This document shows, piece by piece, positions 39,626-53,044 of a DNA stretch of 64,000 bases; the stretch's first letter is position 1, and every line of letters starts with the position of its first letter. The notes under the pieces were generated by a model. It was not told the DNA's origin. It was given only the letters and a program-made list of their open reading frames with translations, and did not search any database. The DNA is from Octopus vulgaris (taxonomy: Eukaryota), in assembly GCA_951406725.2 (NCBI GenBank), contig OX597815.1, positions 209,312,001 to 209,376,000 on the forward strand. The letters are read 5' to 3'. The position numbers were made by a program, and so were the translations under genes.

Positions 39626-40082
39626 CGTATTCACCATGCATTACCCTCCTCGATATCCTACGTTCTACTTGACTAGTACCTGTCTGAACCACCTCCACTG
39701 TGCCCCCATATTTCTCCCCCCCCATAAAAAGCACCATCCGAACGTGGCCGATGCCAGACCCTCTGGCACCTGGCAGTGACGTAAAAACCACACACTCGGA
39801 GTGTGGCGTTAGGAAGGGCACAGCTGTAGAAACACTGCCAGACTAGACTGAGCCTGGGCAGTCCCGAGCTCCCAGACGGTCGACCGCCAACCCGGAGGAG
39901 GACGAAACGATGATGATGATGATGATGATGATGGATGTATGTATAAATTCAAATTAGGATAAATGTAAAAAAAAAGTTTGCTTTTAGAAGCATTGAGATG
40001 TATTGTAAGATACAGATAAGGAAATGCTGATTGAACAGCAGGAACTAGATAAAATATCCATATTTAGTGGAAAAAAATTGTT

Positions 40083-40159
40083 AGCAGCCAGCCACGAGAC
40101 TCAAACTGACATCGTTGTGATTACCGGTCAAGTGCTTTACCAATTAAGCTAAACTGCCC
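40083..40159 (-). pseudogene. tRNA-like sequence (pseudogene or SINE head)
   Basis: gggcagtttagcttaattggtaaagcacttgaccggtaatcacaacgatgtcagtttgagtctc has A-box, anticodon arm and degenerate B-box; acceptor stem is poor. Confidence 0.5.
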
Positions 40160-40792
40160 ACTGACAGATTAATCTGCAATTTTTGAACATATAAAGCTAG
40201 CATATAAGACGCTGTATGTTATCTCATGATACATCTCAACTCTTCTAAAAGCAAACTTTGCTTATTTAGATTTATTGTAATTTGAATTTAACATACAGCA
40301 CCTTACACACACACACACACACTAACATATGCACATGTGTATGGATAGTTGAGCAGGTTGCATTGAGCTCGAGGACTATGTCGTGCTCCAATATCTACTT
40401 GGTGTGGTTTTCATGATTGTGTGCCCATCATAATGCCAACCAATTTATGAAGAATAGTGGGTGTTTTTTCTTTAGCTCTAGTGAAGTCACTTCGTAACTT
40501 GTAAGACCAAGGGCCAAAAATGTCTCCGATGACTGAAAGAGAATAGAAGTACATATATGATGATTCTATGCAGTGTGATGAGAGAGAAAGAAAGGCTGAG
40601 TTGGAGAGAGAGGGGGAGAGAGAGAGAGAGAGAGAGAGAGAGTAAAGTTTATTGGAGGTACTGATTTATAGTTGACAGCATATGGTAATGGAGAAGAAGC
40701 ATGAAAGCGACAAGGAAAAGTGAAGGGATTGGTGTAGGGGTTACTAAAAATGGCAGGGTTCGAGCATTAGTGTTCCACACAGAAATAAATGA

Positions 40793-41204
40793 TTACTCTT
40801 TTACTCTTTTACTTGTTTCAGTCATTTGACTGCGGCCATGCTGGAGCACCGCCTTTAGTCGAGCAAATCGACCCCGGGACTAATTCTTTTGTAAGCCCAG
40901 TACTTATTCTATCGGGCTCTTTGCAGAACCGCTAAGTGACGGAGACGTAAACACAACAGCATTGGTTGTCAAGCAATGCTAGGGGGACAAACACAGACAC
41001 ACAAACATATACACACACACTTCTATATATATACATATATACGACAGGCTTCTTTCAGTTTCTGTCTACCAAATCCACTCACAAGGCATTGGTCGGCCCG
41101 GGGCTATAGCAGAAGACACTTGCCCAAGGTGCCACACAGTGAGACTGAACCCGGAACCATGTGGTTGGTTAGCAAGCTACTTACCACACAGCCACTCCTG
41201 CGCC
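40793..41204 (-). mobile_element. Family A SINE
   Basis: Full copy. Confidence 0.85.
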
Positions 41205-41414
41205 TGATTGATTTTTTGAAGCAGAACTATTTCTATCTTTACCATTTGTTTTCTACTATAGGCACAAGGCCTGGAATTTAGTGGGGAGGGGACATCGATT
41301 ACACCAACTTCAGTGCTCAAATGGTACTTATTTTACTGACCCCCAAACAAATAAAAGGAAAAGTTGACCTCAGTGAAATTTGAACTTAGAGTATACAGCC
41401 ATATGAAATGACAT

Positions 41415-41757
41415 GTTAGTTAGTTAGTTAGTTAATTTTTTGGCTAAAAAAGCAAAAAACAAGGCCATGTAGGGGGACATGGAGTTATGTACAGGGTGGT
41501 GTTGATGTAAAGAGTTCAGGCCACTTGTGGTCAAGGGAGACTTTGAACCGAGCGGTCGTCGGCATCTTCACCATCTCGTCTGGCAGCTTGTTCCACGGAT
41601 CCGCAACCCGATTGGAGAAAGCTCCTCTCCTTCGATTGAGATGAAATCGTCGCAGGTAGAGCTTTTCAGAATGACCCCGCAGCCAACGCTCTGGAGCAGG
41701 AGTGAAGAACAGCTCTTTCGAGAGGTTACACTTTCCGCTTATGATGTTGTGAGACAT
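41415..41757 (-). mobile_element. CR1-clade LINE 3' fragment (second family, (CTAA)n tail) nested in a family B SINE
   Basis: LRGHSEKL..FSNRVADPWNKLP..FKVSLD; tail ttaactaactaactaac. Confidence 0.85.
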
Positions 41758-42369
41758 GAGACATGAAGCCTTTTGTCCAGTGTGCTAATGATTCTGTCAC
41801 TTTGCTGCTTTTGGAAGCAATATTAATATTGCAACACAAGGCTCAATTAACATACAGTATATACACACATCACAAATTCAAATCTGATGGTGTAGAACTC
41901 TAATGCTTTAGACTGACAGTAAAGTCTATATAAATGTATGCTGTCTACTATAAAAAAAAAGGTCAGTACAGAAGTCAAAATCACTCCACATCATGAAGAT
42001 GTGGCTGAGAGAGTTTGGAAGTGCTGATAAATAGGAATTCAGGAACATTAATATTCCAAATGGACAACAAAGATTTGATACGCAGATATGAAAAACAATT
42101 ATGATAAAAGAGATAGTACATAATCATGTTTTTAAAATATCATGTCTGAAAGAAAGCAGTTCTCCACATATACAAATACACAAAACACAACCCCTCACCC
42201 ACATGTATACGTATATATACATATATATACAGAGAGAGAGATTAGCTATATATTTATACCTAGATGTAGTTTTATCAATCTATATGCCTATATCTATCTA
42301 TTTATCTATATCTATATATCTATATATATATCTTCATATTATATGTATACATACTTATATATATTCATG

Positions 42370-42408
<39 letters not shown>

Positions 42409-42411
42409 TAC

Positions 42412-42444
<33 letters not shown>

Positions 42445-42452
42445 CATATATA

Positions 42453-42484
<32 letters not shown>

Positions 42485-42518
42485 CCTATATTTATATATA
42501 TATATATATATACATACA

Positions 42519-42550
<32 letters not shown>

Positions 42551-42633
42551 CATATACATATATGTACATATATATATACATGTACATTTATATATTTATA
42601 CATATACATATATGTATATATATATATAAATAT

Positions 42634-42677
<44 letters not shown>

Positions 42678-42694
42678 GTATATATTCACACATG

Positions 42695-42735
<41 letters not shown>

Positions 42736-43301
42736 ATGTATTTATGTATATATATATATATATATATGTACTTACGTATTTCTCCTCAAGAATGTAGATG
42801 GAGAAGATGTTTCTTCTTTGCATAAGCACAGATAAAAATTGTTGGAAGAGAAAAACAAACCAAAGCCAAAATAGTGCAACATGAACCAAACTTGTCAACT
42901 CTGATATTCTGTTGTGGACCAATAAATCAACTTGGTTTAAGTTTGATGGTTCATTAGCAACTAGAAATAATAACATTAACTGAAGATAGAATTTTCACAT
43001 TGCCAAGTTTTGGCCAATGAAACTGTAAGAACGGAAACGGCAATAACAGGAGAAACATAACACGAAAACGATAACATGTAAAAGAGCAACAACAACAAGA
43101 CTATATATAATTATACATACATACATAAACATATACATATATATGTGTGTGCGTGTGTAATTATATATATACATATATATGTAATTATATATATATATAT
43201 ACATACATATTTATATATACACACATGTAATTATATATATACATATATATGTAATTATATATATATACATACATACATATGTATATATACACACATGTAA
43301 T

Positions 43302-43333
<32 letters not shown>

Positions 43334-43413
43334 TGTGATTTTATATACATTTATGTAACCATGATCAATAATCATCATCATCATCTTTTAATATGCATTC
43401 TCCTTGCTGGCAT

Positions 43414-43445
<32 letters not shown>

Positions 43446-43508
43446 TGTATGTGTGTATGTATGTATGTATATATGTGTGTGTATGTGTGTGTGTGTTAGT
43501 GTGTAAAT

Positions 43509-43582
<74 letters not shown>

Positions 43583-44539
43583 GCATATATTATTATGTAT
43601 ATGTGTGTGTAAATATATATATATATATATATGTAAGTATATATATATATATATATATATATATGTGAGTATATATATACATACATATATCTGTATACAT
43701 AAATGCACACACACATACACACATACACACACACTCACTCACATACACATGCAGTAATATGAAGAACAAAAACACCAGAAATAACAATAACAACTGCAAA
43801 ATCAACAATGACAACAACAACAACAACACCAACAACAATTTTTGCAACTAACAGCAATCGCATTAGCAACAACATCAAGAACATTTAAACACAACAGGCA
43901 CCGCAAAGAACCAGTTAGCAACATGCTCGACATCAACAGCAACGATGACTGCAGCAAAATCCAATGGAAAACGACGACAACAACAACAATAACAAGAACA
44001 ACCACAGCAGCAACAACAACAACAACAGCAGCAATAATAAAATTGTTGAGAGTAATAAAAAAATATAGCAAAAAAACAACATATATTACAAACAAAAGAA
44101 ATAGCAATAAATATTTTAAAAATGAAAATAATTATTTCGGAAAATAAGAATGTTGTTGATGTATTAGTTGATGTTCCCACCCATCATTATCATCCTCATC
44201 ATCGTCGCGTTGTCATCGTTATTGTTGCTGTTATTGTCTGTGTTGTTGTTGTTGTTCGTTTATATAATTTTTATCTGAAATGATGTTTGTTTCATTGTCG
44301 GTTTGATTAGATATGATTGTTATTTCTCTCGGCATGTTCCATTGAAGAAATGCACACCAGTTTTGGAGTGTTCCACAAGATTTTCTCAACACAAAAAAAA
44401 AAAAACACTCACCTCCATCATCTTGCAGATTGCCTGAAGCAGTGACATCATCATCTCCTCTCATAACTAATCAAAACTGGCAAATCATCCCTTAATCTGC
44501 CTGCCTGACATACAAAAACATTACACAACAATGTTTGAA

Positions 44540-44546
44540 AGCTATT

Positions 44547-44590
<44 letters not shown>

Positions 44591-45086
44591 TGGTGAAGAA
44601 GATGACAATGGCAGTAAAAGAGTCTGTGACAATGTTATATTTTGCAAGTCCAGCAATATAATCAGAATTCTTATTGTTATAATCATCATCATCATCATCA
44701 TTGCAATGACAACGAGGACGACCACCACTACTAGCACCGCTGTCGTTGTCATCATCATCATCATCAGCATCATCATCACCACCACCACTACTGGTGCTAT
44801 GATGATGATCATCATCATCATCACCACCACCACTACTGGTACTACGATCATCATCATCCTCATCATCATCATCATCATCATCACCATCACCATCGCCATC
44901 GCCATCGCCATCATCATCATCATCATCATCACACACCACCACCACCACCACCACCACCACCACCACCACTACTGGTACCATGATCATCATGATCATGATC
45001 ATCATCATCATCACCACCATCACCACCACCACCACTACTGGTACTACGATCATCCTCATCCTCACCATCACCATCACCATCATCAC

Positions 45087-45158
<72 letters not shown>

Positions 45159-45430
45159 CATCAACATCGTCATCATCATCTTCATTGCTGCGGTTCACTC
45201 TTCTACTTCTTCTTCATCCTCCTCCTCCTCCTCCCCTACTTATCCAATGTGATCTTTGTTGTTGTCATTCTTGTAGCTGTTCTCACTGTCATTGTTGCTG
45301 TCATTGTCACCAGCTTCATTGTCATTCTCATTGTTGTGGTAGTGATAGCGGTGATGACGATGATAACGATAATAATGATAATCATGATGATAATCATGAT
45401 GATGATGATGATGATGATAATGATCATAAT
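44540..45430. repeat. Compound trinucleotide array with higher-order unit
   Basis: accactact(g/a)g(t/c)... junction recurs about 5 times between (CAC)n and (CAT)n blocks. Confidence 0.8.
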
Positions 45431-45606
45431 CTATATCGCAATTAAAAAAGGAATAAGCGTATGATTTGCCCTAACCATTCTGGTAAGATTTAGATGGGTG
45501 TGTACAAGAACACACCTGATTATATTTCTACAATACGTTCATGATTAAAGCCTCGTATTCCCATGTCCAATTATATAGATGATGTAAACGATAAATGACG
45601 AAATAT

Positions 45607-45812
45607 ATATTTCTTAACTACCCACAAGGGGCTAAACACAGAGGGGACAAACAAGGACAGACAAAGGGATTAAGTCAATTACATCGACTCCAGTGTTCAA
45701 CTGGTACTTATTTTATCGACCCCGAAAGGATGAAAGGCAAAGTCGACCTCGGCGGAATTTGAACTCGGAACGTAACGACAGATGAAATACGACTACGCAT
45801 TTCACCCGGAAT
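45607..45812 (-). mobile_element. Family B SINE
   Basis: Body and tail. Confidence 0.8.
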
Positions 45813-46454
45813 GTTATGTTGTAGTTGTATTTTTTCTTTTGGAAGGTTCAGTTCCTGATTGAACTGACCTACAATCAAGGGTATTTCAACCATGCTCATC
45901 CACACTTATTTCTTTTTTGGCTGTGTGGTAAGAAGCTTGCTTCCAAACTACATGGTTCCATGTTCAGTTGCACCGTATGGCATTTTGGGCAAGTGTCTTT
46001 TACTATAACCTTGGACTGACCAAAGCCTTGTAAGTAGGTTTGTGAGACAAAAAACGAAAGAAGCCCATCGTATATATATATATATAATAAAAGAAGGAAA
46101 ATGCTCACATTTTACCTAGTTTTAGTATATTTTTAAAATATATTCTATAAGTGAAAGAGTATTGAGTTCGTCGACTGGTTTCTCTTTTGCTAATCATGAC
46201 ATTGAAATTATTGTAATTTCTTATTTTCTTAAGAAGATTTTAGTCCATGTTGTGTGCAGGGAAGTTTGTGAATGAATGATTCAAGAAGTAGAAAAATCTA
46301 AGGGGAGGTAATTGGTGGTCCTTAATACTGAGGACAGGAGAGGTAATTGCTTATCTTTCGATGGTGGCAGGGATAAATATATATAGGAAAACTCAAAGGC
46401 TAAAGTTGTGAGATGAAATATGCACAGTGTGTGTGATCATGAATTAAAATGGGG

Positions 46455-46772
46455 GCCAGGGGGCCTCGCCTGGCCCCTGTGCCAGTGGCACGTAAAAGCA
46501 CCATCCGTTCATGTCCGTTGCCAGCCTCGCCTGGCCCCCGTGCCGGTGGCACGTAAAAGCACCATCTGTTCATGGCCGTTTGCCAGCTCCGTCTGGCACC
46601 TGTGTGGGTGGCACGTAAAAAGCACCCACTACACTCACGGAGTGGTTGGCGTTAGGAAGGGCATCCAGCCGTAGAAACACTGCCAAATCTGACTGGGCCT
46701 GATGCAGCCTTCTGGCTTCACAGACCCCAGTTGAACTGTCCAACCCATGCTATCATGGAAAGCGGACGCTAA

Positions 46773-46809
<37 letters not shown>
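46455..46809 (+). mobile_element. Family C element with three internal ~60-bp units
   Basis: gtgcc(a/g)gtggcacgtaaaagcaccatc x3 plus (GAT)n tail. Confidence 0.85.
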
Positions 46810-46821
46810 CTGAGACCAAAG

Positions 46822-46980
46822 TCAGTTATGCCTTCATATTTAGATGTATTTTGTATTTTTGGATGGAAGAATTTTCTTTATTTAAACTGGTAGATGGGGA
46901 ACTGTGAAATTTGGTTGGATATTACCTGCACATCTCTCTATGTGTCCAATCAAATTAATCTGTCTGTATTGTGGGAAACC
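46822..46980 (-). mobile_element. Inverted copy of the PLE 3' end (inverted pseudo-LTR)
   Basis: Reverse complement matches 50564-50750 (caatacagaca..cacatagagagatgtgca.gtaatatccaaccaaa..catctaaatatgaa.gcataac) with an internal deletion. Confidence 0.85.
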
Positions 46981-47149
46981 AGTCAATAAACTGGTTGACA
47001 AACACAATATTCTTTCATTTATAAAATATATTAAAAAATATTTTAAAACTATGTAAACTGTGAGCACTTTCCTTCTTTTATTTTATATATATATATTTTG
47101 CATTAAAACTCACCATACAGGGATGATCGAAATTCTCCTCCTCTCTTTT

Positions 47150-50100
47150 TTGTACTACTATTTACCACAAGAGGAATGGAAAATGCTGCCAAAACCTACC
47201 ACAAACACATCAGAGTAAATTATCACTGAGGACATTTTGTGAAGGAATTAAAAGAAATTTACTCAAATCTGGTTATTCTAACGAACAAAATCGATGGATT
47301 AAATTACCGCACCTGAAAAGCAACTAAAAATGAACAGAAAAGATAATCTACAGAGAAGATTAGTCAAAATTTGAACGAACTATGTACAACATTGCCCTCA
47401 ATTTTCATAAAGAATTTTGAAAAAGAATCATCACTGAAATACCAAAGCCATAATTAAAATATACCAGTGTCAGTACATTTAATTAAAAGTCACATTAGCC
47501 ATATTTGGTCCAAAAACCTAAATGCTAGAAAATTTTCCTATGGAACATGATAAAAAATAATAAGGCAGAAATATAATATGGAAAATGGATGAACTCAGTA
47601 CTATTAATTCCATGCAAACTACAAATCAAACCAATCCTAGAAGAGCAACAAAGACAACTTCAGGAGAAATTAGCACTAGAGAAAATGAAAATTGAAATTG
47701 AGTTATTTAAACTTAGAGTATTGAACAACAAACAAAAATATAAAACAATCGATGAAAAAATGCACATTTAGCTTACTGAGAATGCTGATGAATAACTTTT
47801 GGAAAGTGTTGTAAAACTATGGAAAGATAGCTGTGAGTCAGAAGAAATAAATTCCCTTCAACAGTGGAGAAACTGTTAATTTCTTCCTTAGTTACGAAAT
47901 TAAGTTTAAAAAAAACTACAGTTCAGATAACCCCTTCCTGAAAAATCTAGAGCAAATACATTTACAGAACCAAAATTGTGTCCAACTAGATCAAAGTATA
48001 AACATCTAAAGAACACAAACACACAAAACCAACTTCTCACTTGGAAGTAAACTGCTCTCAATCTAGGAATAGGGGCAACTCACTTATAAGAAATACTAGA
48101 AGAAACCAACCTAGGTTTAGAAGTAATTATTTCTCCCTAGCAACTAGAAACATCCAAGGGACTTTTACCCTTCATCGAAGAAACACGACCTATGGAATTC
48201 CAACTTATTTACCCAGACAGCAAAATCAACCCCTTAGCATCTCAAACATAATTAAGAACCTTGACAATTTATACAAACGAAGAAACCTGAACCACGTAGT
48301 TCCAACCAGTTTACCCAGACAACAAACCCAGCTTGCCAACAATCTGAATATAATTAATAACACCAATAATTTCTACCTACCAAATTACAGTAAACATTTT
48401 TTAGACTGAGTGGAGAGAAAAAGAGGCACACATTGGAACAAAACATACAAGAGAAACCCAAAGTAATAAATTTATCAAAGAAAACTCTCTCTGCAAAAAA
48501 TCAGTATACTAGTTAAAGAGTTAAAATTTATCCCAACCCCACGAAGATCTAACCAGAATAAAATTAAAGACAATATTTTGGAATTCTGCAGAAAACTACA
48601 ACTCACAGAAGCACTAACTGACTACAGCAACAAGAATGAATCACTGGTTAGAAACAGAAGCAATTATCTTCCACCTGAAGGTAGGAACAAGACATTAGAT
48701 GACTTCTGTAACCATATCCAAAATTTCCCAAATACTTTCCGTAAGCAAAAAATGAATCCAAACCTCAACAATCTAGAATGGAAAAATCTAATTAAACTAC
48801 AAAACAACAAAGAACTGACAATTAAAGAAGCAGACAAAGGAAGTGCTGTAGTCCTAATGGACACAGAATACTACAATCATCTAATATTATCCATGCTAGA
48901 AAACGATACCTTCTACAAAAAAGTTGTAAACTATAAACACCAAAAAGCAATGAAAAATCTTGCATTCTTAATTCTTCTACATGGAAAAGGCCTGACAGAA
49001 AAAAGAAATCCGTTATATCACGAACTTTAAATTTAAACCTAGTCGTTTTTACAGCCTACTAAAATACATAAGAACAAGATAGTTAATGAAGCCTGCAAAT
49101 AATCACCAGGCAAATACATAAACATCCTAGTGCCAGAAGATTTAAAGTTATGACCCATTATAGCTGGCCCAGAATAGAAGCAATAAAATTCTGGCTGGAA
49201 AAGTATTCCGAAGTACTTCTAGAATGCATAAACTAGGTTTTTATAATTGAACCTTTAAAATTTATACTTCAGAACAATTATTTCCTATTTGATGACACCT
49301 ACTATCACCAAAAATGTGGAACTGCAATGGGAACGAAAGCAGCCCCTGTTCTTGCAAGCCTAATAATGGGATATTTTGAATTTACCACATATGAAGTGTT
49401 ACTGCAAAAATATGGATATCCATTTCACTATTATATAATAGAGAACTGGAAAAGATACCTGGATGACTGCTTTATCATTTGGAAGGAAGCCATTGATGAA
49501 CTTTTGGAATTTAAATAAATACAAAATAATATAAACCCTAAAATTCAAACAGCTCCCTTTCTTAGATATTATGATAGAAAAATCAACAACCAAATTGTAA
49601 CTGACATTTATCATAAACCAAGAGACTCAAAGCAATATCTCCTGTGTAGCTCATGCTACCTGCAGCACATCAAAAGAAAATTTCCCTTTAATTTAGCAAA
49701 AAGGATTTGCACAATAGTGTCTGATGGAAATACTCAGGATGTTCATCTTCAAGATCTCAGATCAACACTAATTGAAAGACAATATCCACCTCGCTTATAG
49801 ACAATGGAATTAAGCATGCTAAGAAATTAGGCATTAAAATAAAAAGGGTAACAAAACGTAACACCACACCTTATCTCAACACACTACTGTATATATCAAC
49901 TCATAACCTAAATAGCAATGAGGCTGTTACACATTTATATCTATGTGTATACGTGTGTAGAACACATCCCCACTTTGGCACTATTTGTTAGTGAACAGTA
50001 CGAACTGTGTTTTAAAGTAAACAGTATTACTACGCTGTGTCTAACGATATATAGGTGTCGCTGTGCTGAAAGTAGCGCAGTTCGTGTAACATGGAAAAGT

Positions 50101-50750
50101 AAATAACACGTAAAAGAATAACTATGCTTCATATAGAGTTGTCTATCCCACCAGACTGAAACTACACATAACAGTGGCATACAACACTATTGTAGAAAAT
50201 CTCCCAATGCTCACTAGGGATCCAAAAATGAACAACATTCTGAAAAACACATAAATTCGTCAAATGCAAAGAGCAACACAAATTGCTGAAAAGATTTCTG
50301 ACAAATGCGAAACTTTATGAAACAACCACGAAACCAATGGTTAAAAAATGTGGATACCTAAACAGTGGAACATACCTCAACCTACTGGAAGGCTTGGAAT
50401 TCCTATTCAAACAAGGATGGAGGTTCACAATTAAAATCAACTTCACTTCTACTTCCATGAATCTAATTTATGCTATAACCTGTTCAGGTTGTGAACAAAA
50501 CTATACAGGACAGACAAGCATGACACTGAGATAGAGAACCACACTACAGAAGGAACAGCTCCAGTTCCTGCAATACAGACAAATTCCTTTGAATGAACAC
50601 ATAGAGAGATGTGCAAGTAATATCCAACCAAACTTCACAGCTTTCCCCATCTACCAGTGCAAAGAGACAATTTCTGTACAAGAATGTTTAAGTAAAGAAA
50701 ATCTGTTCATCAAAAAATACAGAACACATCTAAATATGAACGCATAACCG
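47150..50750 (+). mobile_element. Penelope-like element (RT + GIY-YIG endonuclease), decayed
   Basis: KVINLSK..LKFIPTP, LTIKEADKGSAVVLMD, GTAMGTKAAP, WKRYLDDCFIIW, LPFLDI, TDIYHKP, and GIY-YIG NLIYAITCSGCEQNYTGQT. Many stops and frameshifts; 5' boundary approximate. Confidence 0.9.
49925..50173. mobile_element. Solo LTR nested in the PLE
   Basis: TGTTA...TAACA termini with 5-bp flanks gaggc/gtggc. Removing the insert restores the local frame NSNEAYNTIVENLPML. Confidence 0.75.
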
Positions 50751-50873
50751 AATTTTTTTATGAGTACTAGCAGATTACTTGAATTCATATATTGTGACTT
50801 AAATGTACACACACACACATACAAACATATATATATATAATTTTCTTTTTTTATGTGTGTGCGTGTGCGTGTA

Positions 50874-50928
<55 letters not shown>

Positions 50929-50945
50929 ATATGTGTATGTGTCTG

Positions 50946-51052
<107 letters not shown>

Positions 51053-51190
51053 ATTAGAGTACATTTAAACACAAAGCGGCGAGCCCTTAAACAGGTTGCC
51101 TAACATACTAGAAAGAACAGTCAAAATATCCAAAGCACAGTTAGGAGCAAATTCAGAGGGAATGAAAAATAAAAACATTTACTATGTTTT

Positions 51191-51266
51191 ACAGCCAGAC
51201 TTTAGGTTTCGAACTTTAATTAGCAAATAGAATAACTTGCAAGGTGAAGTTCTCATCAGTGGATAT
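51191..51266 (-). ncRNA. Hammerhead ribozyme motif (canonical core)
   Basis: Minus strand: atatcca-CTGATGA-gaactt-(30 nt)-aagttc-GAAAC-ctaaa-GTC-tggctgt. Perfect 6-bp helix II, helix I 6 of 7 pairs, minimal helix III. Confidence 0.75.
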
Positions 51267-51633
51267 GCACAAAACATTAACATATAAATTAGAGACCAAA
51301 TAACACATGTCTCTTCTTTATATATTATAATTTTTCAAATCCTCCACGCAAGCGCAGATTCAATCAGCAGCAAAAAATATATACAATATGGGGATTTAGT
51401 TCACAAGTAATCTGAATGATTAGGTATGCTAGGTAAGTGCTTTAATGGATTACTAGGGCTCCAAGGTTATAGCCAAGATGGTAGTTATGGAGCCATTGCA
51501 GATTTCCGATATGGCGGATTTCCAATAATAATAATATATACGACATGAGATGTTTGCCTTACCTTAGTGTTTGTTGTCCTCTTTAACAATTTTATATATG
51601 TGTATAGGAAAATAAATAAATATACACACATAT

Positions 51634-51843
51634 ACTCTTTTACTTGTTTCAGTCATTTGACTGTGGCCATGCTGGAGCACCGCCTTTAGTCGAGCAAATC
51701 AACCCCAGGACTTATTCTTTGTAAGCCCAATACTTATTCTATCGGTTCTTTTGCCGAACCGCTAAGTGACGGGGACGTAAACACACCAGCATCAGTTGTC
51801 AAGCAATGCTAGGGGGACAAACACAGACACACAAACACACACG

Positions 51844-51895
<52 letters not shown>

Positions 51896-52060
51896 TACGA
51901 CAGGCTTCTTTCAGTTTCCATCTACCAAATCCACTCACAAGGCATTGGTCGGCCCGAGGCTATAGCAGAAGACACATGGCCAAGATGCCACACAGTGGGA
52001 CTGAACCCGGAACCATGTGGTTGGTTAGCAAGCTACTTACCACACAGCCACTCCTGCGCC
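51634..52060 (-). mobile_element. Family A SINE
   Basis: Full copy. Confidence 0.85.
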
Positions 52061-53044
52061 TATATACATGTTTTTAAATATTTCTTTTAAAGCTAAAAAA
52101 AATTTAAATTATAGGCTGATGGTTGGTACTGGTGTTTTAATATTTTGAGGGCAGGACCCCTTTCTTTAGAAAATCTACAGAGATATATATATGAAGGCTT
52201 TAGTGAAAATATTTGGTTATGAAAGGAATACAATAATGACACAACTATGCCTATGTCCAATTGCTAATCTAAATCTGAGCATGGTATTTACATATCCCAT
52301 AAAGATACATGTTTCAAATGTGCAATGCAAATGTTTAAGCCAAACATGTGACTGAATTTGTGCAGTTAATTTCTAAAGTAATAACAATAGAAACAGAATA
52401 ATTGTAATAAATCTTGCTATAAATTATTGCATAATGTTCGACAAAGATACAAGGCCACACATTTGGAAAGAAAGGAATTGCCTATTAAATGAATCTCAGT
52501 ACATGAGTCATGCTTTATTTCATTGACCCTGGAAGGGATAGTAGTAAAGTTGAACTCAGAGCATACAAAGGTGTAAATATATTTACGAAGGGGAGACAAA
52601 TACCCCCAACAGCCAGGCCTCCCCTTCGTAAATATATAAGGACACAGGAAAAAAAAATGTGTCGAAGCCAGCAGGAAGCGTCGATGCTTCCTAGGGCTAA
52701 ACAGTGGTGGTGTAATCCCCTACTGTCACGTTAAATTGACAGTATACAACCATTGTAACAACAAAATCTTATATGAACCTACAAGCGCCATATGGACTGG
52801 GAAAAGTATGGCCCAAGGAACTTTCTTGGCAAAAAAGTTAATTTTTAGTAGTGCAGCCAGGCTGATGAGAAGGTAGGTGTCATGTGGTCCCTGTCATGAA
52901 AAAGGGGTTGGCCATACCTGTTCTCAGTGTGATGAGAGATGAATTAGAATTGCTCTAATCTTCAGATGCCCTACATGCACTGAGCAGCAAGCTTTAGATG
53001 TAATGAGAGAATGAGGTGGAACTTCTGTTTACATTGCAGAAAGA

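Noticed and set aside
40083-40159. Functional tRNA-Thr(GGT)
   Set aside because: Acceptor and T stems are degenerate; kept only as a tRNA-like remnant.
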